This document shows, piece by piece, positions 48,292 to 57,224 of a stretch of DNA of 64,000 bases. The notes below the pieces were generated by a model. It saw only the letters and a program-made list of their open reading frames with translations. It made no database searches and had not been told where the DNA came from. The stretch lies in the NCBI GenBank assembly GCA_019118765.1, contig DWYI01000049.1:17059-81058 (forward strand), given 5' to 3'. Origin of the DNA: Candidatus Allofournierella merdavium. Lineage in GTDB: Bacteria; Bacillota; Clostridia; Oscillospirales; Ruminococcaceae. The number at the start of each line of letters is the position of its first letter. Position 1 is the first letter of the stretch. The position numbers were made by a program, and so were the translations under genes.

Positions 48292-48813
48292 ATGAATCAG
48301 GTGCTCGACGCCATCATCACCCGCCGCAGTGTGCGCAGCTACAAGCCGGACCCCATCCCCGAAGACGTGCTGGAACGCATTCTCACCGCAGGGCAGTACG
48401 CCGCCACCGGCATGAACCGCCAGAGCCCCATCATCCTGGCGGTCACCGACAAGGCCGTGCGGGACGAACTCTCGGCCATGAATGCGGCCATCATGGGCGC
48501 CGACAAGGACCCTTTCTACGGCGCGCCGGTGGTGCTGGTGGTACTGGCCAGCAAGGCCGCCCCCACCTATGTGTACGACGGCAGCCTGGTGATGGGCAAC
48601 CTGATGCTGGCCGCCCACGCCGAGGGCCTGGGCAGCTGCTGGATCCACCGGGCCAAGGAGGAGTTTGAGAGCGAGGAGGGCAAGGCCCTGCTGCGCAGGC
48701 TGGGCATTGACGGCGAATACGAGGGCATCGGCCACTGCATCCTGGGCTATGCCGCGGAGGAGCCGAAGGCCGCCGCGCCCCGCAAGCAGGATTACGTCTA
48801 CTGGCTGCGCTGA
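48292..48813 (+). CDS. nitroreductase-family flavoprotein
   Basis: Track ORF trimmed to MNQVLDAIITRRSVRSYKPDPIPEDVLERIL. Typical nitroreductase N-terminus and length. Confidence 0.85.
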   Translation: MNQVLDAIITRRSVRSYKPDPIPEDVLERILTAGQYAATGMNRQSPIILAVTDKAVRDELSAMNAAIMGADKDPFYGAPVVLVVLASKAAPTYVYDGSLVMGNLMLAAHAEGLGSCWIHRAKEEFESEEGKALLRRLGIDGEYEGIGHCILGYAAEEPKAAAPRKQDYVYWLR

Positions 48814-48964
48814 GGCGCGGCGCCGTATCCTGCACCCACTTTTGGCAAAAGGCGGAAAAATGTTGCCCAAGCAACAGAATGCCACCGCTTTTTTGCATAG
48901 AATATAGGCGTAGGCCCGCTTTATGGGCTGACTTGTGAAACGAAACAAAAAGGAGCGACGAACC

Positions 48965-49123
48965 ATGAAGTATGTGTGCACCGTTTGCGGTTATATCTAC
49001 GACGAGACCACCGGCGATCCCGACAACGGCATCGCCCCCGGCACTGTTTGGGCCGACGTGCCCGAGGACTTTGTCTGCCCCCTGTGCGGCGTGGGCAAGG
49101 ATCAGTTCGAGCTGGAGCAGTAA
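48965..49123 (+). CDS. rubredoxin
   Basis: [14 protein letters not shown]...[17 protein letters not shown]: two CxxCG knuckles, 52 aa. Confidence 0.95.
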   Translation: MKYVCTVCGYIYDETTGDPDNGIAPGTVWADVPEDFVCPLCGVGKDQFELEQ

Positions 49124-49137
49124 ACACCTGTAAACGG

Positions 49138-49175
49138 AAGGGGCGGGTGCCTTTTGGTGCCCGCCTCTTTCGCTT
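49138..49175 (+). terminator. putative intrinsic terminator after the rubredoxin gene
   Basis: Hairpin aaggggcgggtgcc / tttt / ggtgcccgcctctt (two G-U pairs), running into a T-rich tail. Confidence 0.55.
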
Positions 49176-49356
49176 GCATGCTGCTTGATAGGCAAACGAG
49201 GCAACCCTGGCCCCGTCTGCTGGCTTTGCATGGGTGGAGGCGGAAAGGTTTCGGATAGATGAAAGAATTCCTGCGCCCCAAATTACGAAAAATATCTTGA
49301 CAAACCGAAGTCTCTTGGCTATAATATTATTTGCCGCTGATAACCGGCGGCAATGT

Positions 49357-49433
49357 CCGGGTGTAGCGCAGTTTGGTAGCGCGCTTGAATGGGGTTCAAG
49401 AGGCCGTGAGTTCGACTCTCGCCACTCGGACCA
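49357..49433 (+). tRNA. tRNA-Pro (anticodon GGG)
   Basis: Manual cloverleaf. Acceptor ccgggtg / cactcgg with a C1-G72 pair, A73 and encoded CCA. D arm gcgc-agtttggta-gcgc. Anticodon arm cttga-atGGGgt-tcaag with G37. T arm gtgag-ttcgact-ctcgc. Confidence 0.85.
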
Positions 49434-49436
49434 GAG

Positions 49437-49466
49437 CCCCCAGCCGAAAGGCTGGGGGATTTTTTG
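49437..49466 (+). terminator. intrinsic terminator after tRNA-Pro
   Basis: cccccagcc / gaaa / ggctggggg followed by attttttg. Confidence 0.8.
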
Positions 49467-50255
49467 TTGTCATACTGTGGTCTTTCGAACTTCTCACACG
49501 GGCCGTTTTCGCCCCTTTTATGAGGCTGCTGGCTTCTTTGCCAGAAAAGCGTTGTAGCGGTTTTCTGGGGTGTTTTACTACAGAATGATGCGTTTTCCAG
49601 TGGATTTGCTACATCGGTGCTGATTTTCCCGGAAAACGGCCATAAAATTTGGAGGCTGAAAACTGCACAGGCGGCATATGAGAACATCTCTGGCATTGTG
49701 CCGCCCTCGTTGCCGTTTTCCGTCGCGGTGTCCGGCTTGATTCACGTTATAATTGGAAACACCGCTTGCGCTGCCGCGCAATGCCCCACAAAAGCCCTGT
49801 AAACGCTTTTGCCGTCACAGACAGGGAAGGGATGCCGGCAGACTAAAAACATCGCTGCGGGTGCGAATTTCCGCCTTATAGGGGCACTCAAAGATATTGC
49901 CATATTTAACGTGATCGCTCGCGATTTTATAGTCAATCAGGGCGCACCCGACCTGGTTATAAAACAGCCGTCTGCACTGGTCTTCCGGGTGCGCTGGTGC
50001 AATGACACATCTCATTTGACGGGGGTCGGCATCTTGCCGCCACAGAGGAAAAGTTTTATCCTTCGGATAGTAAATGCATTCGCTCTCCGCAGGTGGGTAG
50101 ACGTAAAGACTTTTGGCCGTCTCCTGCCCCGGCACAGCTTCAGAAACGCAGCATGGTGCAAATGAGCGCGTCCCCCCTTGTATGGTGCGAGTGTCATTTG
50201 TCAACGGGTAAAGGGTAAACAAAACAAGCGGATATTTGGCCGTTTTGGAAGATAA

Positions 50256-50297
50256 ATGCCCGGGCGGGCGCCGGAAAACCGGCGCCCGCCCGGGCAT
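50256..50297 (-). terminator. 19-bp perfect hairpin with AAAA loop downstream of the peptide-transport operon
   Basis: atgcccgggcgggcgccgg / aaaa / ccggcgcccgcccgggcat, 10 nt beyond the stop of the minus-strand M14 gene. Confidence 0.7.
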
Positions 50298-50306
50298 GAT
50301 CGTTTC

Positions 50307-51707
50307 TTATTGGGGGGTGTTTTTGCACATGTCGCGAACGTACTGTGCGTAGATCAGGCCGCTGGCCGCCTGGATGCGCACCAGCTTGCGGATGGGAATG
50401 GCGGTGTAGTGGATGTGCTCCTCCAGATAGGCGCTGTCCTGGGCCAGGCGCTGCCCGGCCACCGCTTCCACCTCGTCCAGGATCCTGCGGGCCTCCGCGG
50501 TCAGGTTCTCCGCGTGCTCCTTTTCGTAAATGCAGGTGCGCCGGGCCAGAGCCATGTTCAGATTCAGATAGAACCGGGCACTGTAGAGGTTGTCAAACTC
50601 CTGGGCCACCGTGGCGGTCTTGCGGAATTCCGGGTTGCTCTTGGCCCATTCCCGGCTGGCGTCCTTGTTGAAATAACTCTTCACCCGATCCTCCACCGCC
50701 AGGAAGAAGGGGTTCCAGGTGGTGATCACCGGCTGGAGTTTCTCGTACAGTTCCTTCATCAGCTTGCCGATGGCCTCGCTCTGGTCAAAACTCTCCAGCA
50801 TGCAGTCCAGGCGGCTGCGCTGACCGGGCGAGGTGTCGTCCACCCGGGGATCGAAGAAATAGGGCATCTCGTTCACCAGGGAGTACACCGGCTTTTTCAG
50901 CAGCCGGGTGGCGTACTCGTCGCTGGAGGAGCCGGAGGTGATCAGCTTGGCCGGATCCTCATCGGGCTGGAACTTGGCCAGATACTCATAGTGGGGGATG
51001 ACGCCCACGCTCTCGAATACCGCGGGATAGAGCTCCACACAATAGGGCATCTCCGGCTCGCCCAGGTTGAGGGGCACCCCCTCCTCCTTGGGTTGGCGGT
51101 AGAGCTGCTGATAGAGCCCTTCATCCCCCCCGGTGAGGTACCAGTAGCACCCGCCGAAGCCTGCGTTGTGCAGGGAGTAGATAAAGTCGGGCCGGTGCTC
51201 CTGGATGATCTTCATCAGAGCCTGGGTCTCGGGGATGGGCTTGTCAAAGTGCAGGGTCTTGTAGTCGATGGGGAAACTCCACTCTACCTGCTGGGCGTAG
51301 GCGGGGCGGTAGAAGTTGCGGGCGTAGTGGGTGATGGTGAAGGGCCCCTTGAACCAGCCCTCGTTAAGGCTGGTGCCGTCGGGGTCGCTGGTCTTGACGA
51401 TGTACCAGGTAAAGTCCAGTTCCTCCCGCAGGGCGGCGTTCTCGGCCAGCTCCCGGGTGAAGAAGTCCAGCATCATGGCGCCGATGGGCTCGTTGGGATG
51501 GGGGCAGCCGAAAATCAGGGCGTTTCGGCTGCCGCTGCCGATGGTGAGGCAGTAGATGGGCCTTCCCCATCGGGAGGTGCCCACCTGATCCACCTTTACC
51601 ACATCGGGAAACTCCTGGGCCAGGGCCAGGGTGCGCTGATCCATCTCCTCTACGGTGAAAAATTCCTTATAATCCGGAACGCGGTCCAGTATCTCCTGTA
51701 AATTCAA
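50307..51707 (-). CDS. M14-family metallocarboxypeptidase-like protein, cytoplasmic (copy 2)
   Basis: CPHPNEPIG (HxxE zinc motif). No signal peptide. Paralogue of the 57221..58642 gene, alignable over the full length by eye. Confidence 0.75.
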   Translation of the reverse strand: MNLQEILDRVPDYKEFFTVEEMDQRTLALAQEFPDVVKVDQVGTSRWGRPIYCLTIGSGSRNALIFGCPHPNEPIGAMMLDFFTRELAENAALREELDFTWYIVKTSDPDGTSLNEGWFKGPFTITHYARNFYRPAYAQQVEWSFPIDYKTLHFDKPIPETQALMKIIQEHRPDFIYSLHNAGFGGCYWYLTGGDEGLYQQLYRQPKEEGVPLNLGEPEMPYCVELYPAVFESVGVIPHYEYLAKFQPDEDPAKLITSGSSSDEYATRLLKKPVYSLVNEMPYFFDPRVDDTSPGQRSRLDCMLESFDQSEAIGKLMKELYEKLQPVITTWNPFFLAVEDRVKSYFNKDASREWAKSNPEFRKTATVAQEFDNLYSARFYLNLNMALARRTCIYEKEHAENLTAEARRILDEVEAVAGQRLAQDSAYLEEHIHYTAIPIRKLVRIQAASGLIYAQYVRDMCKNTPQ

Positions 51708-51723
51708 CCTGCTTCGACCTCCT

Positions 51724-52722
51724 TTAGTCCTCCTCCAGGCAGTGACAGCTCACCTGTCGCCCGTCGGGAAGGGTGCGCATGGGCGGATATTCCTTGAAAC
51801 ACTTCTCACAGGCCTTGAAGCACCGGCCGGCAAAGTAGCAGCCCGGCCCGGGATCCACCGGGGAGGGCGGTTCGCCGTCGATCTTGATGACCTCTTTCTC
51901 TTTAAAGTCAATGGAGGCGCAGTTGGAGATCAGCGCCTGGGTATAGGGGTGCTTGGGATTCTGGATGATGGTGTCGGTGTCGCCCTGCTCCACGATGCGG
52001 CCCAGATACATCACGCCTACCCGGTGGCAGATGTAACGGATCACCGCGATGTCGTGGCTGATGAAGAGGATGGCCGTCTCGTGGGTCTTGCACAGGTCGA
52101 TGAGCATATTGATGATGTCCGCCCGCACCGACACATCCAGCATGGACACCGGTTCGTCCACCACCAGGAACAGGGGATTGAGCAGCATGCTGCGCAAAAT
52201 GGAAATGCGCTGAAGCTGGCCGCCGGAGAGTTCGTGGGGATAGCGGCTCAAAAAGTCCTTGGCGGGAACGAGGCCGCCCTCCTCCAGGGCCTTGACGCAC
52301 ATGTCCATGCGCTCGGCGTCGTCGGCGCCGATGCCATGGAGTTTCAGGGGCCGGGTCATGATGGCCCCGATGGTGTCGTTGGGGGTAAAGGTGTCAAAGG
52401 GGTTTTGGAAGACCGTTTGCACCATGCGGCGGAACTTTTTGGGGTTCTTTTTCAGAATGGCGCCGCTGTCCTCACCGCCGAAGAGCACCTGCCCCTCGCT
52501 GGGCTGCTCCAGACGCACCAGCAGCCGGCCCAGGGTGGATTTGCCGCAGCCGCTCTCTCCGATGATGCCAAAGACCTCGCCTTTGTACACGTCGAAGCTG
52601 ACGCCGTCCACCGCCTGTACCCACTTCTTCTTGCCAAAGGAGAACAAGCTGTCGTTCCCCCGCTGGCGGTACCATTTTTTCAGCCCCGCCACCTGGATGA
52701 CAGGGACGTTCTGTTCGCTCAT
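51724..52722 (-). CDS. oligopeptide/dipeptide ABC transporter ATPase (OppF/DppF-like)
   Basis: Walker A GESGCGKST, signature LSGGQLQR, Walker B VVDEPVSMLD, and a C-terminal oligopeptide-type extension with Cys residues. Confidence 0.9.
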   Translation of the reverse strand: MSEQNVPVIQVAGLKKWYRQRGNDSLFSFGKKKWVQAVDGVSFDVYKGEVFGIIGESGCGKSTLGRLLVRLEQPSEGQVLFGGEDSGAILKKNPKKFRRMVQTVFQNPFDTFTPNDTIGAIMTRPLKLHGIGADDAERMDMCVKALEEGGLVPAKDFLSRYPHELSGGQLQRISILRSMLLNPLFLVVDEPVSMLDVSVRADIINMLIDLCKTHETAILFISHDIAVIRYICHRVGVMYLGRIVEQGDTDTIIQNPKHPYTQALISNCASIDFKEKEVIKIDGEPPSPVDPGPGCYFAGRCFKACEKCFKEYPPMRTLPDGRQVSCHCLEED

Positions 52723-53699
52723 GCTCCTTCACCTCCGTCATAGAGATGGCAGGCCACCTTGTGGACCTCCGACATCCGCCGCTCGGCCGGCCGCTCCTGG
52801 AAACAGCGGGGGGTGGCGTTGGGGCAGCGGGCCGCGAAAATGCACCCGCCGGGCGGGTCGGCCAGGTCAGGCAGGCTGCCGGGTATGGATTTCAGGGCGC
52901 TCTTCTCCCCGTGGAGAGAGGGGAAGGACTGGATCAGGCCGCGGGTGTAGGGATGCAGGGGATTGCTCAGCACATCCCGCACATAGCCGAACTCCATCAT
53001 CTGCCCGGCATACATAACGATGATCTTCTTGCAGGAGGTGGCCACCACCGACAGGTCATGGGTGATCATCAACCGGGTCACCGAAATCTGGTTCTCCATC
53101 TGCTTGATCTCATTGAGGATCTGGCCCTGTGTCACCACATCCAGAGCGGTGGTGGCCTCGTCCATGATGAGCAGATCCGGGTCAAAGAGCAGGCTCAGGG
53201 CGATGTTGATCCGCTGGAGCATGCCGCCGGAAAGTTCATGGGGATAGAGCTTATACACCCGGGGGGCCAGGTTGACCATCTCCAGCAGGTGAATCACCCG
53301 CTTGTAGATCTCTTCCTTGGATGCCCGGGGCTCGTGCACCCGGTAGATGTCTTCAAACTGTTCGCCGATGCGGTGCACGGGGCTGAGGCTGTTCATGGAT
53401 TTCTGAAACACCACGGACAGCTTCTTCCAGCGCAGTTCCTTCAGCCGGGCGGGGCTGACGGTGAGCAGGTCCTCCTGCTCGAAAAGCACCTGGCCGGAGA
53501 TCTCCGTGGTGCGGGGGTCGTGGAGACGAAGCACCGCCATGGCCAGGGTGGACTTGCCCGAGCCGGACTCGCCCACGATCCCCAGGGAGTCGCCTTTTTC
53601 GATCTCCATCGACACATGATCCACAGCCCGCACCCGCTTGGCGCCCGAGCGGTAGGTGACGCATAAGTCCTTGATATCCAAAATAGGCATTATCCGCAC
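52719..53699 (-). CDS. oligopeptide/dipeptide ABC transporter ATPase (OppD/DppD-like)
   Basis: Walker A GESGSGKST, signature LSGGMLQR, Walker B IMDEATTALD. Overlaps the downstream gene by 4 nt. Confidence 0.9.
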   Translation of the reverse strand: MRIMPILDIKDLCVTYRSGAKRVRAVDHVSMEIEKGDSLGIVGESGSGKSTLAMAVLRLHDPRTTEISGQVLFEQEDLLTVSPARLKELRWKKLSVVFQKSMNSLSPVHRIGEQFEDIYRVHEPRASKEEIYKRVIHLLEMVNLAPRVYKLYPHELSGGMLQRINIALSLLFDPDLLIMDEATTALDVVTQGQILNEIKQMENQISVTRLMITHDLSVVATSCKKIIVMYAGQMMEFGYVRDVLSNPLHPYTRGLIQSFPSLHGEKSALKSIPGSLPDLADPPGGCIFAARCPNATPRCFQERPAERRMSEVHKVACHLYDGGEGA

Positions 53700-53703
53700 C
53701 TCC

Positions 53704-54558
53704 TCAAATCTTCTTCATCTTGGGGTTGAGCGCGAAGTTCAGCCCGTCGCCGATCAGGTAGAAGATCAGCACGATGAACACGATGGCCAGGCCGGCGAAG
53801 GTGGACATCCACCAGCCGTTGGCCGACAGATACTGCTTGCCGTCAAAGATCATCTGGCCCCAACTCACCACATTGGGGTCGCCCAGGCCCAAAAAGCTCA
53901 GGCTGGCCTCGGTGAGGATGGCTTTGGCCACGTCCATGGTGGTGTTGGCCACGATGGGGAACAGGCCGTTGGGGATGATGTACTTGAAGAGCACCCGGGG
54001 CCGGGATTCACCCATGGCCGTTGCGCTCTTCACGAAAGTGCGCTCTTTCAGGCTCATGGCCTGCACCCGCATCATACGGGCATTGCTGGGCCAGGAGGTC
54101 AGGCCGATGACCAGCATGACGTTGACCATGTTGCTGCCGAACAGCGCCACAATGATCAGGATGAGGAAGAAGGTGGGGATCATCAGGAAGATGTTGGTGA
54201 CCTCCGCCACGCACTTGTCCAGCTTGCCACCGTAGAATCCGGCATAGGCCCCCAGCAGGGTGCCGATGACGCCGGAGATCAGCGCTGAGATCATGCCGAT
54301 GGCCAGGGAGGTGCGGCTGCCGAAGATTACCATGCTCAGGATGTCCTGGCCCATGTTGTTTGTGCCCATCCAGTGATTGTTGGTGCCCGGAGACACCAGC
54401 AGATCATCGCTCATGTAATAGGGGTCAAAAGGCGCCAGAATGGGGGCAAAAATGACCACGAGCAGCACCACGGCAAAAAGTGCCAGACCCAGCCGGAGCT
54501 GGCCGCTGGCAGCGACCAGTTTGCACAGCCGCTGCCAAAAGGCTTTCGCTTTTTCCAT
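53704..54558 (-). CDS. peptide ABC transporter permease (OppC/DppC-like)
   Basis: BPD-type permease with the EAA-like loop SATAMGESRPRVLFKYIIPN. Confidence 0.88.
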   Translation of the reverse strand: MEKAKAFWQRLCKLVAASGQLRLGLALFAVVLLVVIFAPILAPFDPYYMSDDLLVSPGTNNHWMGTNNMGQDILSMVIFGSRTSLAIGMISALISGVIGTLLGAYAGFYGGKLDKCVAEVTNIFLMIPTFFLILIIVALFGSNMVNVMLVIGLTSWPSNARMMRVQAMSLKERTFVKSATAMGESRPRVLFKYIIPNGLFPIVANTTMDVAKAILTEASLSFLGLGDPNVVSWGQMIFDGKQYLSANGWWMSTFAGLAIVFIVLIFYLIGDGLNFALNPKMKKI

Positions 54559-54570
54559 GTCTGCACCTCC

Positions 54571-55536
54571 TTACTCGTAGCGGATCCGGGGATCCAGCCA
54601 TGCGTAGATCAGGTCCACCACGATCATGACCAGGGCCACCGAGATGGCGATGATGAGATACACGCCCATGAGCACGTTGTAGTCGCGCATCATGATGGAG
54701 CGGTACATGAACGCGCCGATGCCCGGCCAGGAAAACACGATCTCCACCAGGGTGGAGCCCGCCACCACATAGGCCAGGTTGATGCCGAAGATGGTGATGA
54801 TGGGCAGGATGGCGTTTTTAAAGACGTACTTGCGGAAGATCTTGCCCTCGCTCATGCCGGTGACCCGGAAGGTGGTGATGAAGTCCTCCGCCATCACCTG
54901 CATCACCGAGGATTTGGTGATGCGGAAATAGGTGGGGATCTGTACCGCCACCAGCGTCAGGCAGGGCAGCACCATGTGCCGTGCCACGTCCAGCACATAG
55001 GCAAAGCCTTCGTGATCCGCCCGCATATCCACCATGCCTTGCGTGGGCAGAAGCTTGAATGTGGAGGCAAAGATCAGGATCAGCATGATCCCCACCCAGA
55101 AGGACGGCATGGCGTTGAGCACATAGGCCACGCCGGAAAACACCTTGTCCATCACGGCGCCGTGGTTCTTTCCGGCGTACAGCCCCAAAAAGCCGCCCGC
55201 CAGCACCGCCAGCACCGCGCTCACCCCTGACAGCAGCAGCGAAGGGCCGATGTGGCTCAGGATCAGCTGGGCAACCGGCTGGTTGTACAGATAGGAATCG
55301 CCCATGTCGCCGTGCAGCAGGGTGGTAACATACCGATAAAACTGGACGTGAAAGGGTTGATCCAGGCCGTACTTCACCGTCAGCGCATCAATGAGCTCCT
55401 GAGAGGGGTTGTCAAAGCCGGCCATGATCCGGGCGGGATTGCCCGGCGCCAGTTTGATAATGGTGAAGTTGATCAATACCACGACAGCCACAATGGCCAA
55501 GGCAGAGATGATGCGTTTGAGCAGATATTTTTTCAT
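54571..55536 (-). CDS. peptide ABC transporter permease (OppB/DppB-like)
   Basis: MKKYLLKRIISALAIV start typical of OppB/DppB. Contains an EAA-like loop (FRVTGMSEGKIFRKYVFKNA). Confidence 0.88.
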   Translation of the reverse strand: MKKYLLKRIISALAIVAVVVLINFTIIKLAPGNPARIMAGFDNPSQELIDALTVKYGLDQPFHVQFYRYVTTLLHGDMGDSYLYNQPVAQLILSHIGPSLLLSGVSAVLAVLAGGFLGLYAGKNHGAVMDKVFSGVAYVLNAMPSFWVGIMLILIFASTFKLLPTQGMVDMRADHEGFAYVLDVARHMVLPCLTLVAVQIPTYFRITKSSVMQVMAEDFITTFRVTGMSEGKIFRKYVFKNAILPIITIFGINLAYVVAGSTLVEIVFSWPGIGAFMYRSIMMRDYNVLMGVYLIIAISVALVMIVVDLIYAWLDPRIRYE

Positions 55537-55625
55537 ATGCGGTGTCAGACCACCTTTCGCTGCGGATAAAGCAGAGGGAGGAAACGGCCCCTGCCCGGTG
55601 CAGGGGCCGTTTCCATCTGTGTCGG

Positions 55626-57224
55626 TCAGTTGATGACCACTTTGCTGTAGTTGCTGTCGTGAACGTCGGTCACATTATCAATGTAAGGCACGCCGCTGAT
55701 GTTGGAATGGCAGGCGTAGTAGTTGGCAAATTCCACGACGGGGATGATGGGCAGGTCCTCCGCCAGGATGGCCTGCACTTCCTTATAGCAGGCGCCGCGA
55801 TCCTCCTCGGTCACCAGCACCTTGCCCTGGGCCAGCAGCTCGTCGACCTTGGGGTTGGAGTAGTTGGAGTAGTTCATCACCGCGCCGGTGCCGATGCGCT
55901 TGCTGATGGCGTCGGGGTCGGGACCCTGGTAGCCGGCCATCATGCCCAGCTCGTAGTTGCCGGACTCGATCTTCTCAGACCAGGCGGCCATCTCCATGAT
56001 GTTCACCTGCACGTCGATGCCCACTTCCTTCAGGTTGGAGGCGATGACTTTGGCGCAGTCGCCGTAGGTGCCGCCGCTGAACACGTCCAGGGTGATGGAC
56101 AGATACATGCCGTTGGCGTCCTTGGTGTAGCCGGCCTGCTCCAGCAGCTCCTGGGCCTTGGCCACGTCCCGCTCACCGATGTCGGCGTCGGCATTGTAGG
56201 CCCAGTCCAGGAAGGGGGGATAGAAGCCGTAAGCGGGGGCCTGCAGGCCGTTGGTGCCCTTCTGGGAGATCTCCTCGCGGTCGATGCCCAGGGCGATCGC
56301 CTTGCGCACCTCCCACTTGCTCATGATCTCGTTCTCCATGTTGCAGATGAGCTGATAGCGGCGGGCGGCGGTCATCACGCCCAGTTTGATGTCGGGATCC
56401 TGCTCCATGGCGGGCACTTCGGAGTTGGGCACGCCGGTGAGCAGATCGATCTCGCCGTTGTAGAAGGCCTGCAGGGCGGTGTTGTCATCGGGGATCACGG
56501 AGTAGATCAGCTTGTCAATGGCGGGTGCGCCCTTGAAGTAGTCGGGGTTCTTTTCCAGAACGATGCTGGAACCGGGGTTGTATTCCACAAACTTGAAGGC
56601 GCCGGTGCCGATGGGATGGCTGGTGGCCGCCTCACAGGTGGACCAATCCGCCTCGTTCTCATAGATGTGCTTGGGAATGATGAAGCACTCGTACCAGGCC
56701 AGGGTGCCCAGCAGGGTGGAGTCGGGGGTGGACAGGTGCAACACCACGGTGTTCTCGTCCGGGCACTCGATGGATTCCACCACTGCCGTGAGGCTGGCGG
56801 CGATGAAGCCGTTCTCCGCCATGATCTTCTCGTAGGTGTACTTGACGTCCTCAGAGGAGAAGGGCTCCCCGTCGTGCCACTTGACGCCCTGGGCCAGGTG
56901 GAAGGTGTAGGTCAGGCCGTCGTCGGAGACCTCCCAGGTCTCGGCCAGGCCGGGCACCACTTCGCTGTTGATGTTCAGTGCCACCAGGCTGTCAAACACG
57001 TTCTGGTAGATCAGGTGGCCGTCGTCGTCCCCCTTCAGCACAGGGTTGAAGGTGGTGGGGTCGGCGCCGATGTTCACAATAAAGGTGCCGCCGCCGGTGG
57101 AACCGCCCTCACTGGTCCCGCTGCCGGTGGCTGTGCTTTCGGTGGTGGTCCCGCCGCCGCAGGCCGTGATGCTCACGGCCAGGCATGCGGCAAGGAACAG
57201 TGCTGCCAGCTTTTTGAATTTCAT
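55626..57224 (-). CDS. family-5 peptide/nickel-type substrate-binding lipoprotein
   Basis: Track ORF trimmed to MKFKKLAALFLAACLAVSITAC (lipobox). Body is typical of the OppA/DppA/NikA family. Its start overlaps the stop of the upstream M14 gene (ATGA). Confidence 0.88.
   Translation of the reverse strand: MKFKKLAALFLAACLAVSITACGGGTTTESTATGSGTSEGGSTGGGTFIVNIGADPTTFNPVLKGDDDGHLIYQNVFDSLVALNINSEVVPGLAETWEVSDDGLTYTFHLAQGVKWHDGEPFSSEDVKYTYEKIMAENGFIAASLTAVVESIECPDENTVVLHLSTPDSTLLGTLAWYECFIIPKHIYENEADWSTCEAATSHPIGTGAFKFVEYNPGSSIVLEKNPDYFKGAPAIDKLIYSVIPDDNTALQAFYNGEIDLLTGVPNSEVPAMEQDPDIKLGVMTAARRYQLICNMENEIMSKWEVRKAIALGIDREEISQKGTNGLQAPAYGFYPPFLDWAYNADADIGERDVAKAQELLEQAGYTKDANGMYLSITLDVFSGGTYGDCAKVIASNLKEVGIDVQVNIMEMAAWSEKIESGNYELGMMAGYQGPDPDAISKRIGTGAVMNYSNYSNPKVDELLAQGKVLVTEEDRGACYKEVQAILAEDLPIIPVVEFANYYACHSNISGVPYIDNVTDVHDSNYSKVVIN

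Noticed and set aside
48127-49123. Nitroreductase and rubredoxin pair, considered as part of the hyp/GntR redox system
   Set aside because: They are separate transcription units with their own RBS and terminator. These are common oxidative-stress genes in anaerobes, with no specific linkage evidence.
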